Below, one piece after another: positions 51,977-61,086 of a stretch of 64,000 nt of DNA; within the stretch, counting starts at the first letter, position 1, and each line of letters begins with the position of its first letter. The notes below the pieces were generated by a model that was given only the letters and a program-made list of their open reading frames with translations, had not been told where the DNA came from and ran no database searches. The position numbers and the translations under genes were made by a program. Location: positions 26,342-90,341 of the forward strand of contig JABIDS010000003.1 of assembly GCA_018651605.1 (NCBI GenBank), in the 5' to 3' direction. Source of the DNA: an archaeon (GTDB lineage Archaea; Nanobdellota; Nanobdellia; Pacearchaeales; GW2011-AR1).

Positions 51977-52057
51977 TTCTCAATTACTAACAATTCTCAA
52001 CAAACATTTAAAAGCTCAAAAAACTTCTACTAATCAAAGAGGCCACCCAAACTAAAA

Positions 52058-53521
52058 ATGTCATTTTACATATACGATATAACATTCCTAGTAATATTCA
52101 CAGCATTAGTAATCCACTTCCTCTACAAAAGAAGAACCAAATTAGAAAAAGAAGGAATCATGTATCTTTATAGAACACAAGTCGGAGTCAAATTCATCGA
52201 CTACGTAGGAACAAAATACAAAAAAACAATAAAATTCTTAGGATTCTTAGGAGTAATCTCAGGCTATTTCCTAATGGTAGCAATGATGTATTTCCTAGGA
52301 AGATTAATCTACATTTATTTATTTGTCCCAGACATTGTAAGAGCAATTAAAATTCCTCCATTAATGCCCCTAGTTCCATACCTCCCAGAAGTTTTTAAAA
52401 TAGATTTCCTACCAAGTTTTTATTTCACTTATTGGATAATCGCAATAGCAGTTATTGCAGTCTTTCATGAATTCGCACATGGAATAGTTGCAAGAGCTTA
52501 CGGAATAAAAGTAAGGACAACAGGCTTCGGATTCCTAGGCCCATTCCTAGCAGCATTCGTAGAACCAGACGAAAAACAAATGGAATCAAAATCAAGATAC
52601 CAACAAATCGCAGTCCTTTCAGCAGGAACATTCACAAACCTCATCCTAGCAATCCTATTCTTCCTATTACTCGCATTATTTTTCATAGTAACTTTCGTAC
52701 CAGCAGGAGCAATGTTCAATGTCTACGCATCTCAACCAGTAGAAATAAATTCAATAACAAACATCGGAGGAACACCTATAGCAGATCCTACAACAGGAAA
52801 CATAATAGACATAATAGACAAAAACAATTTATCAAACAATTTAATCCTAGGCTCAAATGGAAACACATTAGAACTAACCAAAATAACCGCCAACAACAAA
52901 TCATACTACATGGAAATGGAAATTTTAAAAAATCAACTAATTCAAGACACAGACTACGTCTTCCTATATCTCGACACATCCGCAATAAAAACAGGATTAA
53001 AAGGCGCAATAATAGAGATAGATAATAAAAAAATAAACACTCATGATGACCTATCAAGAGTATTAGAACAATACAATCCAGGAGATACTGTTCAAATAAA
53101 AACAAGAGTAAAAAAAGAAATTTTCAATTATGAAATAGAATTAATAGAGCACCCTGAAGATTCAACAAAACCAATGATTGGAATAGGATACAATTTACAA
53201 AAAGGTGGCATGACAACCACAATCACAGAATTCTTTAATTTCTTTAGAGAACCTGCAACAGATTATCAACCAAGATTTAATGTTGACCTAGTTGAATTCA
53301 TATACGACCTTATCTGGTGGCTAGCCCTAATAAATCTCAGCGTTGCATTAGTTAATATGTGGCCAGTCGCAATCTTCGACGGAGGTCGAATGTTCATGCT
53401 AACAATCTGGGCAATCACAGGAAGCGAGAAATTCGGAGAACTTGCATTCAAAACAATGACTTACTTAATTTTAGGTTCCTTATTACTCCTAATGTTTGGC
53501 TGGGTTATTGCGATTTTTTAA
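52058..53521 (+). CDS. Site-2 protease (M50) with PDZ-like domain
   Basis: HEFAH, AFVEPDE, AGTFTN, NMWPVAIFDGG. Confidence 0.92.
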   Translation: MSFYIYDITFLVIFTALVIHFLYKRRTKLEKEGIMYLYRTQVGVKFIDYVGTKYKKTIKFLGFLGVISGYFLMVAMMYFLGRLIYIYLFVPDIVRAIKIPPLMPLVPYLPEVFKIDFLPSFYFTYWIIAIAVIAVFHEFAHGIVARAYGIKVRTTGFGFLGPFLAAFVEPDEKQMESKSRYQQIAVLSAGTFTNLILAILFFLLLALFFIVTFVPAGAMFNVYASQPVEINSITNIGGTPIADPTTGNIIDIIDKNNLSNNLILGSNGNTLELTKITANNKSYYMEMEILKNQLIQDTDYVFLYLDTSAIKTGLKGAIIEIDNKKINTHDDLSRVLEQYNPGDTVQIKTRVKKEIFNYEIELIEHPEDSTKPMIGIGYNLQKGGMTTTITEFFNFFREPATDYQPRFNVDLVEFIYDLIWWLALINLSVALVNMWPVAIFDGGRMFMLTIWAITGSEKFGELAFKTMTYLILGSLLLLMFGWVIAIF

Positions 53522-53555
53522 AAGGATTTTTAAATTAATAATAACTTCTAAAACC

Positions 53556-54533
53556 ATGCTATCTAAAAAACTTCAAGAAACCCTAAAAAAACAACACTAT
53601 GTTTTAATTGGAAAACATTCAGCAGTTCAAATATGCAGATGGACAAAAAATTCATTAAGAGAACAAGGACACTGTTATAAACAACAATTCTATGGAATAA
53701 AATCCCACCTATGTTGTCAAATGTCTCCCAGCGTAGGTTTCTGCCAAAACAGATGCTTACATTGTTGGAGGGCAATAGAATTAACAGAAGGCAACAAAAT
53801 GTCAGAAAAACAAACAGACAATCCAGAAACAATTATTCAAGGTTGCATTCAAGCACAACAAAAACTTCTCAACGGATTTAAAGGAAACCCAAAAACAAAT
53901 CTAACAAAATTCAAACAAGCACAAGAACCAGAAAACTTCGCAATCTCCCTAACAGGAGAACCAACACTCTATCCAAAACTAGGAGAACTAATCCAACAAC
54001 TAAGGGAAAAAGGAAAATCAACATTCATAGTAACTAACGGACTTCAACCAGAAACACTAAAAAAACTTCAAAAAAACAAACAACTCCCAACTCAACTTTA
54101 TGTCTCACTAAACACTCCAAACGAAAAAATGTTCAAAAAATGGCACAAATCAACAATAAAAGATGCATGGAAAAAACTAAACCAAACTCTCAACCTTTTC
54201 CCAAAACTAAAAACAAGAAAAGTAATAAGAATGACATTAGTAAAAAACGCAAACACAAAACCAGAACACATTGAACAATATTCAGAACTAATAAAAAAAG
54301 CTCAACCAGATTTCATCGAAGTCAAAGGTTTCATGTCTGTAGGATTCTCAAGAAACCGAAAAGGAATGGGTTACGACGCAATGCCAACCCACGAAGAAAT
54401 AAGAGACTATGCAGAAAGAATAGCAATATCCCTAAAAAATAATTACAAAATCTTAGATGAACACGAACGCTCAAGAGTAATTCTTATAGGAAAAGATAAA
54501 AGTAAGATGAAAATTAAAAAATCAGAAATTTAA
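53556..54533 (+). CDS. taw1: 4-demethylwyosine synthase (radical SAM, TYW1/Taw1)
   Basis: HSAVQICRWT, CYKQQFYGI, CQNRCLHCWR, AISLTGEPTLYP. Confidence 0.95.
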   Translation: MLSKKLQETLKKQHYVLIGKHSAVQICRWTKNSLREQGHCYKQQFYGIKSHLCCQMSPSVGFCQNRCLHCWRAIELTEGNKMSEKQTDNPETIIQGCIQAQQKLLNGFKGNPKTNLTKFKQAQEPENFAISLTGEPTLYPKLGELIQQLREKGKSTFIVTNGLQPETLKKLQKNKQLPTQLYVSLNTPNEKMFKKWHKSTIKDAWKKLNQTLNLFPKLKTRKVIRMTLVKNANTKPEHIEQYSELIKKAQPDFIEVKGFMSVGFSRNRKGMGYDAMPTHEEIRDYAERIAISLKNNYKILDEHERSRVILIGKDKSKMKIKKSEI

Positions 54534-54754
54534 TCCGCTTTCTCAACCCTATAAGAACAACTAATCTTCCCACCCCCAACATAACAAGGCCCCTTATCAA
54601 TAGTAGCAATACCTTGAATATTTCCATTAATATCTCTCAAATATGCTTCACTAGGAATTTCTGCCCCCTCGTCAAAATCAAGATTATTCAATTCACCAAA
54701 TTCAAGACCCTTTAATTCTTCAGTAAGCAAAACTATTTCACCTAAGGCCATCAC
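54530..54754 (-). CDS. Hypothetical protein
   Basis: Short ORF coupled to the upstream CARF-like gene. Confidence 0.5.
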   Translation of the reverse strand: MMALGEIVLLTEELKGLEFGELNNLDFDEGAEIPSEAYLRDINGNIQGIATIDKGPCYVGGGKISCSYRVEKAD

Positions 54755-55098
54755 ATAAACACCAATCCATCTTTTGTTAAAGCAGTAAACCTAATCCCTA
54801 CAGGCAACGACAACAAAGCAGAAATCAAAGCCATATGTTCCTTACCACTTCCAGATGCAATCGACAAACCAACTTCAGTCCCATTAATCTTTCCCTTCAA
54901 TTTCCCCATTATCTCATCCTTTAATTCAATCAATGAACCACCACTAGTCTCAACAAATTCAAAATTCTTTTCAACAGTAAATTGCTTAGCAAAATTATCC
55001 CCAACCAAAATTATATTATCCCAATCATTATTCTTAATAACTCCAGCAACCTGTCCCCAACTTCCTTTTCCTGAACTAACCAATGCAACTAATTCCAT
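54751..55098 (-). CDS. Small Rossmann-fold, possibly CARF-like protein
   Basis: LVALVSSGKG...GLSIASGSGKEHMALISALL resembles the CARF beta-strand-SGG-K-helix motif. Confidence 0.55.
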   Translation of the reverse strand: MELVALVSSGKGSWGQVAGVIKNNDWDNIILVGDNFAKQFTVEKNFEFVETSGGSLIELKDEIMGKLKGKINGTEVGLSIASGSGKEHMALISALLSLPVGIRFTALTKDGLVFM

Positions 55099-55180
55099 AA
55101 TCTAAAAACTCAAGTTAAATTTATAAGCTTATATGTGGTAGAATAAATATAAAAAGAGTATAAATTAAATTCACTTCATC

Positions 55181-55277
55181 ATCCTAAAATGCATGTATTT
55201 TAGTAAGAGATTTTAATAATATTAAAATCGCAAAATTAGGAAGGTGACTTGTTAGGAAACCTAGGTTTCATACGAAA
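55181..55277 (+). promoter_or_regulatory. Three-hairpin leader element directly before the HTH gene
   Basis: Homologous to 51717..51811. Confidence 0.7.
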
Positions 55278-55739
55278 ATGAAAGACATACCACTATCAGA
55301 AATAACATTAAGAAAATACGAAAAACCATCAAACTTAGAGGAACGAGAACTCATAAGAAAAATCTGTCTCTCACTCGGACTTCTTCAATTAGCAGATTCA
55401 AGAGATGTAATCGTCGACATACTCCTCACATTAACACAAGCAAACAAAAACAAACAATCACTCAGCTCAGAAGAAATAAAAACAAAAGTAGAAGAATCAA
55501 GAAAAAAATACAGCCTAGAAACAAAAGGACTTGCAGAGTCAAACATCCGAAGACAACTAAAAAGATTAAGAGATGCAATGCTAATAGAAAAAACAAATAA
55601 TAAATATCATCTAACAGAAAACTTACCATTAAGCGAAATTTTCACAAACAATATAGAACGATTCATCATCCCTCAAATCATCGAGAGAATAAAAGAATAT
55701 TTAGATGAACTCAATAAGGATAAAACCCCTCAACAATAA
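55278..55739 (+). CDS. Winged-HTH protein
   Basis: EITLRKYEKP...CLSLGLL...SNIRRQLKRLRDAMLIEK. Confidence 0.7.
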   Translation: MKDIPLSEITLRKYEKPSNLEERELIRKICLSLGLLQLADSRDVIVDILLTLTQANKNKQSLSSEEIKTKVEESRKKYSLETKGLAESNIRRQLKRLRDAMLIEKTNNKYHLTENLPLSEIFTNNIERFIIPQIIERIKEYLDELNKDKTPQQ

Positions 55740-55772
55740 AACATAAATATAAAATAAAAAAAATAAAACAAA

Positions 55773-55958
55773 CTATCTTTTCTTTTTCTTTTTAGCTGCT
55801 TTCTTCTTCGCTGGTTTTTTCTTAGCAGCCTTCTTTTTAGCTGGTTTTTTCTTAGCAACTTTAGCAAGTTTCTTCTTCAATCCATCAATCTCCTTAGTTT
55901 GTTTCTTAAGAGATTTTAATCGAATATCACATTGCTTTACAGTTTTTGGTTTTTTCAT
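55773..55958 (-). CDS. Small Lys/Ala-rich histone-H1-like basic protein
   Basis: (AKKKPAKKKA)2 repeats; strong SD GGAGGT just upstream of the ATG. Confidence 0.7.
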   Translation of the reverse strand: MKKPKTVKQCDIRLKSLKKQTKEIDGLKKKLAKVAKKKPAKKKAAKKKPAKKKAAKKKKKR

Positions 55959-56256
55959 TTTACCTCCTTTTAATTTTTTAAATTATTTATAAAATATTAT
56001 CGTAAACATTATATTTAAATCTTTCTTTCACAAAATATATTTTAAAAAACAATTGTTAAAAAATATTTTTCTTAAAATCTATTTTAATCAAACAAATAAA
56101 ACTAAAAAATACAAACCTTTAAAAACCATCTAACCCAATTAAAATCAACCAATAACTACATCATTTGGCTTCAAAATTCTAGAAGCTCAAGTGCATAGGT
56201 AGGAGGTAACAAGGAACACAAAGCATCGAACATGCTAAACTTCCAAGGGAAACAAA

Positions 56257-56886
56257 ATGTCAACAGAAGAAAATTTTGAAAAAGCAATAAAGAAATTAAG
56301 AGCAACAGAGAACAAAAGAAAGTTCAACCAAACAATAGACTTAGTTATAAATCTAAAAGAATTCGACGTGCGAAGAGAGTCATTCAATCTTTTTGTAACA
56401 TTACCAAACAAAATTAAAGAAAAAAAGATTATAGGAATTTTTGAAAAAAAATCAACAATCATAGACACAATTACAAAAGACGAATTTCCAAAATACAAAG
56501 AAAAAAAAGATATGAAAAAATTAATCAAATCTTACGACGCCTTTATTGCAAACGCTAAATTAATGCCAGCAATAGCAACAAGCTTTGGAAGAGTCTTAGG
56601 TCCTGCAGGAAAAATGCCATCACCTCAATTAGGAATCCTACCAAACGAAGAAGAAAAAATAGTCCAAGCAATGATAAAAAAAGTAAATTCAACAGCAAGA
56701 ATAATGGTAAAAGAAGCAAGCATAAAAGCAGGCATTGGAAAAGAATCATTATCAGACAAAGAATTATTAGACAATCTTGTAACTGCTTATTCCCAAATAA
56801 TGGACGCATTACCTAAGAAAAGAGATAACATAAGAAACATTAAACTTAAATTAACAATGGACAAACCAGTTCCAGTAGATTTCTAA
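56257..56886 (+). CDS. rpl1: 50S ribosomal protein L1
   Basis: KRKFNQTIDLVINLK, GRVLGPAGKMP, KLTMDKP. Confidence 0.95.
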   Translation: MSTEENFEKAIKKLRATENKRKFNQTIDLVINLKEFDVRRESFNLFVTLPNKIKEKKIIGIFEKKSTIIDTITKDEFPKYKEKKDMKKLIKSYDAFIANAKLMPAIATSFGRVLGPAGKMPSPQLGILPNEEEKIVQAMIKKVNSTARIMVKEASIKAGIGKESLSDKELLDNLVTAYSQIMDALPKKRDNIRNIKLKLTMDKPVPVDF

Positions 56887-56887
56887 A

Positions 56888-57796
56888 ATGGCATCATCAC
56901 ACACTATAAAACAAAAGCAAGTAGATAGCCTAGCTGAAAAAATAAAAAACTCAAAAACCCTAATGATAGTTTCAATAAAAAGCTTACCCTCAAAACAATT
57001 CCAAGATATAAAAAAATCAATAAGAGAACAAGCAACAATCCAAGTAGCTAAAAAAAATATCTTAATAAGAGCATTAAAAGCATTTGGAAAAGAATCAATT
57101 TTACAATTAGATAAACACATAGACGATGGATGTGCATTCGCAATATCTAACACAGAAGGTTATGAACTAGCTGGATTAATTTCTAAAAACAAAACACCAG
57201 TTTTTGCAAAAGCAGGACAAGAAGCACCAGAAGACATTGAAGTTAAAGACGGCCCAACAGATTTAATGCCAGGCCCAGCAATTTCAGAACTAGGAGCATT
57301 AGGACTTCAAGTTGCAGTTGAAGACGGAAAAATCTCAATAAAAAAATCAAAAGTTGTAATAAATAAAGGACAAACAATTAACGCAGCATCAGCATCAATC
57401 TTACAAAAACTAAACATACAACCATTCACAATAGGACTAGAACCAGTAGCAATTTACGACATAGAATCAGAAAAAATCTACACAGACATAAAAATAGACC
57501 CAGAAGAAACAGCAACAAATTTAAGAGAATCAGCATCAAAGGCATTAGGATTTGCACAAAAAATCGCATACTATGCAAAAGAAACAATTGGATACTTACT
57601 TGCAAAAGCAAACACAAACGCAGAACATCTAAACAAATTACAACCTTCAGAAGAAACACATTCAGAAGAAACAAAAACCGAAACACCTTCAAAAGAATCT
57701 AAAGAAACTGAAGAAAAACCAAAAGAAGAATCTAAAGATGAAACACCTTCAGAAGAATCAAAAACAGAGGACAAACCAAAGGAGCAAGAAAAATGA
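56888..57796 (+). CDS. rpl10: 50S ribosomal protein L10/P0
   Basis: VAKKNI, AKAGQEAPEDIEV, GPTDLMPGPAISELG. Confidence 0.95.
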   Translation: MASSHTIKQKQVDSLAEKIKNSKTLMIVSIKSLPSKQFQDIKKSIREQATIQVAKKNILIRALKAFGKESILQLDKHIDDGCAFAISNTEGYELAGLISKNKTPVFAKAGQEAPEDIEVKDGPTDLMPGPAISELGALGLQVAVEDGKISIKKSKVVINKGQTINAASASILQKLNIQPFTIGLEPVAIYDIESEKIYTDIKIDPEETATNLRESASKALGFAQKIAYYAKETIGYLLAKANTNAEHLNKLQPSEETHSEETKTETPSKESKETEEKPKEESKDETPSEESKTEDKPKEQEK

Positions 57797-58026
57797 CAAT
57801 TAATAACAACCCCCCAATAGATTTTGCAACAGTTATGAGATTATTAGATCGTATTGAACATTTTGAACCAGAGGTAGCACGTAGAGAATGTGAAACATAT
57901 AAAGGAGCATTATCAATACAATATCAACAAAGCCCTACACAAGCTAACAAAAATGCACTATTATTAGTTACAGATTTTCAATCATCACTTTACCCCTCAA
58001 TTAAATTACCGGAGGAAACCGCTTAG
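57793..58026 (+). CDS. Orphan ORF inserted between rpl10 and rpl12
   Basis: ATGA overlap with rpl10; stop 1 nt before the rpl12 ATG. Confidence 0.55.
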   Translation: MTINNNPPIDFATVMRLLDRIEHFEPEVARRECETYKGALSIQYQQSPTQANKNALLLVTDFQSSLYPSIKLPEETA

Positions 58027-58027
58027 A

Positions 58028-58324
58028 ATGGAATATGTTTACGCAGCACTATTATTGCACAAACTAGGAAAAGAAGTTAATGAAGAATCTATCACAAAAG
58101 TTCTTCAAGCTAGTGGAGCAGAAATAGACGACTCAAAAGTCAAAAGCTTAACAGCTAGTCTTAAGGATGTAGATATCGAAGCAGAACTTGCCAACGCAGT
58201 AGTTGCAAGTGCAGCATCAGCACCAGCAGCATCAGCTGATGGAGCAGAAGCAAAACCTGCAGAAGAAGCACCTGAAGAAAAGAAAGAAGAGTCAACAGCT
58301 GGTTTAAGCTCTCTGTTTGGTTAG
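58028..58324 (+). CDS. rpl12: 50S ribosomal protein L12/P1
   Basis: [11 protein letters not shown]...AGLSSLFG. Confidence 0.97.
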   Translation: MEYVYAALLLHKLGKEVNEESITKVLQASGAEIDDSKVKSLTASLKDVDIEAELANAVVASAASAPAASADGAEAKPAEEAPEEKKEESTAGLSSLFG

Positions 58325-58366
58325 GTTATTTTTTATTTTTCAACCTTTCTAGGTTGAAAACTTTTT
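58325..58366 (+). terminator. T-tract plus hairpin after rpl12
   Basis: TTATTTTTTATT, then TTTTCAACCT-TTCT-AGGTTGAAAA. Confidence 0.55.
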
Positions 58367-58498
58367 AATACCAAACAGAGAAACCTAGCGATAGTTAGGA
58401 CGACTTCTTTATAGAATTTTATATAATAATTAATAGAATAGATTTATCTTTAAAAAATCTCAACAACCAAATCCATCACCACCACCAACCCCCGCCAC

Positions 58499-59170
58499 TT
58501 ACTCACACTTCTCCACAGCCTTATACTTCACAACACTCTTCGTCTTCACAACATCCTTATACTTTGTCACTAATTTAGTTTTAGGAATCATCCTATAATC
58601 TCTATCATAATCACAAACTCTTCTCTTCTCTGGAGTCACATCACAAAAACATTTAATATCTCCAGAACCAACATCAAAAATACCAGAAACAGATTCTGTA
58701 GAACCAGAACGAATATCCAATGTTTCTTTATCATAATCAGAACCAGAACATCCACCACCAACACACTTAATCCCAAACTTAACTGAAAAATCCCCAGACT
58801 TAGAATCCCGATTCTTAACATCACACTCAACCCTCACTTTATTCGAAGAACTGCCCCCATCACACTCAACAATCTCCCTTCTATACCTCAACCTCCGACT
58901 ATCACAATCATAATCCCAAGAATATCCTTTTTCATAATATGTTTCCTCATATGAATAAGGTTCCCTAACAACATAACTCTCAACATCATGATAAGGCACA
59001 CTAACATATTTACAATTCTCCCCACCCCCAATAACATTCCCTGCAATCCCCAAAAAACCCCCAGAACCCCTAAACACCAAATATAAAACAAAACCCACTA
59101 ATAAAACAGCAATAACAATAAGAACAACTAACAATATCGAAATAATCAAAGCCCTGTCTTCTCTTTCCAT
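58499..59170 (-). CDS. Membrane-anchored Cys-containing protein
   Basis: N-terminal TM, VPY/EPY repeats, Cys pairs. Confidence 0.65.
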   Translation of the reverse strand: MEREDRALIISILLVVLIVIAVLLVGFVLYLVFRGSGGFLGIAGNVIGGGENCKYVSVPYHDVESYVVREPYSYEETYYEKGYSWDYDCDSRRLRYRREIVECDGGSSSNKVRVECDVKNRDSKSGDFSVKFGIKCVGGGCSGSDYDKETLDIRSGSTESVSGIFDVGSGDIKCFCDVTPEKRRVCDYDRDYRMIPKTKLVTKYKDVVKTKSVVKYKAVEKCE

Positions 59171-59289
59171 CAAAAACAAAAGACACAATCTTATTTAAAA
59201 CTTCTTCATAGTTTTCATAGAAAGGGAGTGGTGAAAAAGATAGGGAAAATTGTTTTAACAAAATGGGAGCATAAGAAGAGGCATTAGAA

Positions 59290-59598
59290 TTAATGTATAT
59301 CTATATTTTTATTTAATGTAATAACATCATGTTGTTCATTCTCATTAATTTTTTGCAAATTTATTAATTTAAAATATTTTAAAACATTTAAATCGTCTTG
59401 AGTATTACAATGAAATAACTTATCTAGCTTTTCTTTATTTATAGGGTTCTGATCTATCAAAAGTTGCAAGATTTTTCTTCTTCTGTCTGTTAAAACATTA
59501 TCCATTTGTTCTGGAGGTATAACTAATATCTCCCTATCTTGATTCATTCTTTCTGGTATTTTAAAAATCTTTTCTATAATTTCAACAGTATTATTCAT
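59290..59598 (-). CDS. HTH protein, putative antitoxin
   Basis: NVLTDRRRKILQLL...DDLNVLKYFKLI, similar to the 32527 family; overlaps upstream gene. Confidence 0.6.
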   Translation of the reverse strand: MNNTVEIIEKIFKIPERMNQDREILVIPPEQMDNVLTDRRRKILQLLIDQNPINKEKLDKLFHCNTQDDLNVLKYFKLINLQKINENEQHDVITLNKNIDIH

Positions 59599-59890
59599 CT
59601 TCCATGTTCTCCATAAATTGTTTCCAATTCTTTGATAGGTAATCTATTGCATTACCTAAACCTCCATCGATTTTTTCCTCTCTTTTTTGTTTGCCATTTC
59701 TAGCCATAAAATGAATGTGACTCCCCTTGTTATCATAATTATCACAATGACAAATTTCTAAATCCTTGCCATTATCTAAAATTAATAATGCAACACAATA
59801 TAAAAAACTTCCGTTTTCATGCAATTTTTTTACACATAGTTTTGGGAAATAAGTTCCATTACCTATTACAAATTCTATTTTATTATACAT
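59591..59890 (-). CDS. DUF6516-like protein, putative toxin
   Basis: EICHCDN...GSHIH motif; coupled to the HTH gene. Confidence 0.5.
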   Translation of the reverse strand: MYNKIEFVIGNGTYFPKLCVKKLHENGSFLYCVALLILDNGKDLEICHCDNYDNKGSHIHFMARNGKQKREEKIDGGLGNAIDYLSKNWKQFMENMEDE

Positions 59891-59944
59891 GATAAATAGT
59901 CAACAATTAAGTTTTTAAAGATTATTACAATTTTTGTTTACAAG

Positions 59945-59968
59945 TAAGTGCTGGCATGCCAGCACTTA
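59945..59968. promoter_or_regulatory. Perfect 24-bp palindrome
   Basis: TAAGTGCTGGCA|TGCCAGCACTTA. Confidence 0.6.
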
Positions 59969-60087
59969 GCTTCGTAAATATATAAACTTTTCTCAACCCA
60001 AAACATTTAAAACCTAACTATTTCTACTCTAATAAGTGTAAAAACAATACACAAACCTTATAACATTGTAAGGTTAAAAAAACAACT

Positions 60088-60168
60088 GCCTCCGTGGGAC
60101 AATGGTACTCCAACTGGCTTGAGACCAGTGCTCTTTTGGGCTTCCCGGTTCGATTCCGGGCGGGGGCG
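60088..60168 (+). tRNA. tRNA-Ser(UGA)
   Basis: GCCTCCG...ACTGG-CTTGAGA-CCAGT, long variable arm GCTC-TTTT-GGGC, GGTTCGATTCC, CGGGGGC-G. Confidence 0.92.
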
Positions 60169-60386
60169 TTTTTGGGCTGTAAGCCCAACACTTCCCACCC
60201 GAAATCGCAAGTGTGCTACATCTTCCCATGGTTCGATCGAGCATTTACATTTTTAATCCAACTCTACATTTATTTCAAAAATGTGGATGCGAGTAGGGCG
60301 GGGCGTTCCACACCAAAAACCACCCAACCCCAACAACTATATCCCACCACAAAAATACTTAAAAAACAATCAAACCTATCCTCAAC

Positions 60387-60878
60387 ATGAGCAAAAAAAC
60401 AATCGAGATATTACTGAGCCTTATTCTATTAACAGCATTACTTATTGGAACTGTATTAGTTCTTTCAGTAGATACAACAGCAGATAAAAAAACAATTAAA
60501 CCTTTAGAAAAACAAAACACAGAACAGACAAACATAATCCAACAAGGCGCAACTTACAATCAAATAAATTACCCTTGCATAAAGCAAGTTAAAACAATCC
60601 CATGTTTTAAAATAATTGAACAAACAAAATCAAAAGGAAAAAACAATTACCTAGAAAACCAAAAAACAATCTGCTATAAAAAAGAAGAATTACCACAAAC
60701 TAGATCAGACGGACAATATAAAGAAATCATCCAAGAAAAAACAAAATGTTACAGAGAAGAAATAAAAGGTTGCACCAAAACATTAATAGAAATAAGTTGC
60801 TTCGAAAAAATCCCTCAAACAACTAGCCCCGGACAATACCACCCTGAAAATTCAGTAAGAAGCGCTTGTTTTAATTAG
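60387..60878 (+). CDS. Membrane-anchored hypothetical protein
   Basis: N-terminal TM; internal repeat PQTxSxGQY. Confidence 0.6.
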   Translation: MSKKTIEILLSLILLTALLIGTVLVLSVDTTADKKTIKPLEKQNTEQTNIIQQGATYNQINYPCIKQVKTIPCFKIIEQTKSKGKNNYLENQKTICYKKEELPQTRSDGQYKEIIQEKTKCYREEIKGCTKTLIEISCFEKIPQTTSPGQYHPENSVRSACFN

Positions 60879-60939
60879 AATTCTTTTTTGAAAATTTACC
60901 CAAAACATTTTTATACCCTTTATTCTTAACAAACCCAAC

Positions 60940-61005
60940 ATGACTAGCAAAACCCAAACAAATCAAATCATCAATTCTATTATAGCTAGCATTATCATCA
61001 TTTAA
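60940..61005 (+). promoter_or_regulatory. Putative Ile-rich leader peptide MTSKTQTNQIINSIIASIIII
   Basis: 8 of 21 codons are Ile; TATA box about 25 nt upstream; hairpin at 61008..61029; precedes cimA-ileS. Confidence 0.7.
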
Positions 61006-61086
61006 ACGCAAGTTCAATAAAGAGCTTGCACCACAACCTTACCATGACTAATCTACACCCCAAAAACCAACAACCACACACCTAAA

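Noticed and set aside
56160-56256. rpl1 upstream region as an ncRNA or L1 autoregulatory site
   Set aside because: Only a weak hairpin and a distant GGAGGT; I could not match the L1-binding consensus by eye
60094-60390. 98-aa ORF
   Set aside because: Overlaps tRNA-Ser; spurious
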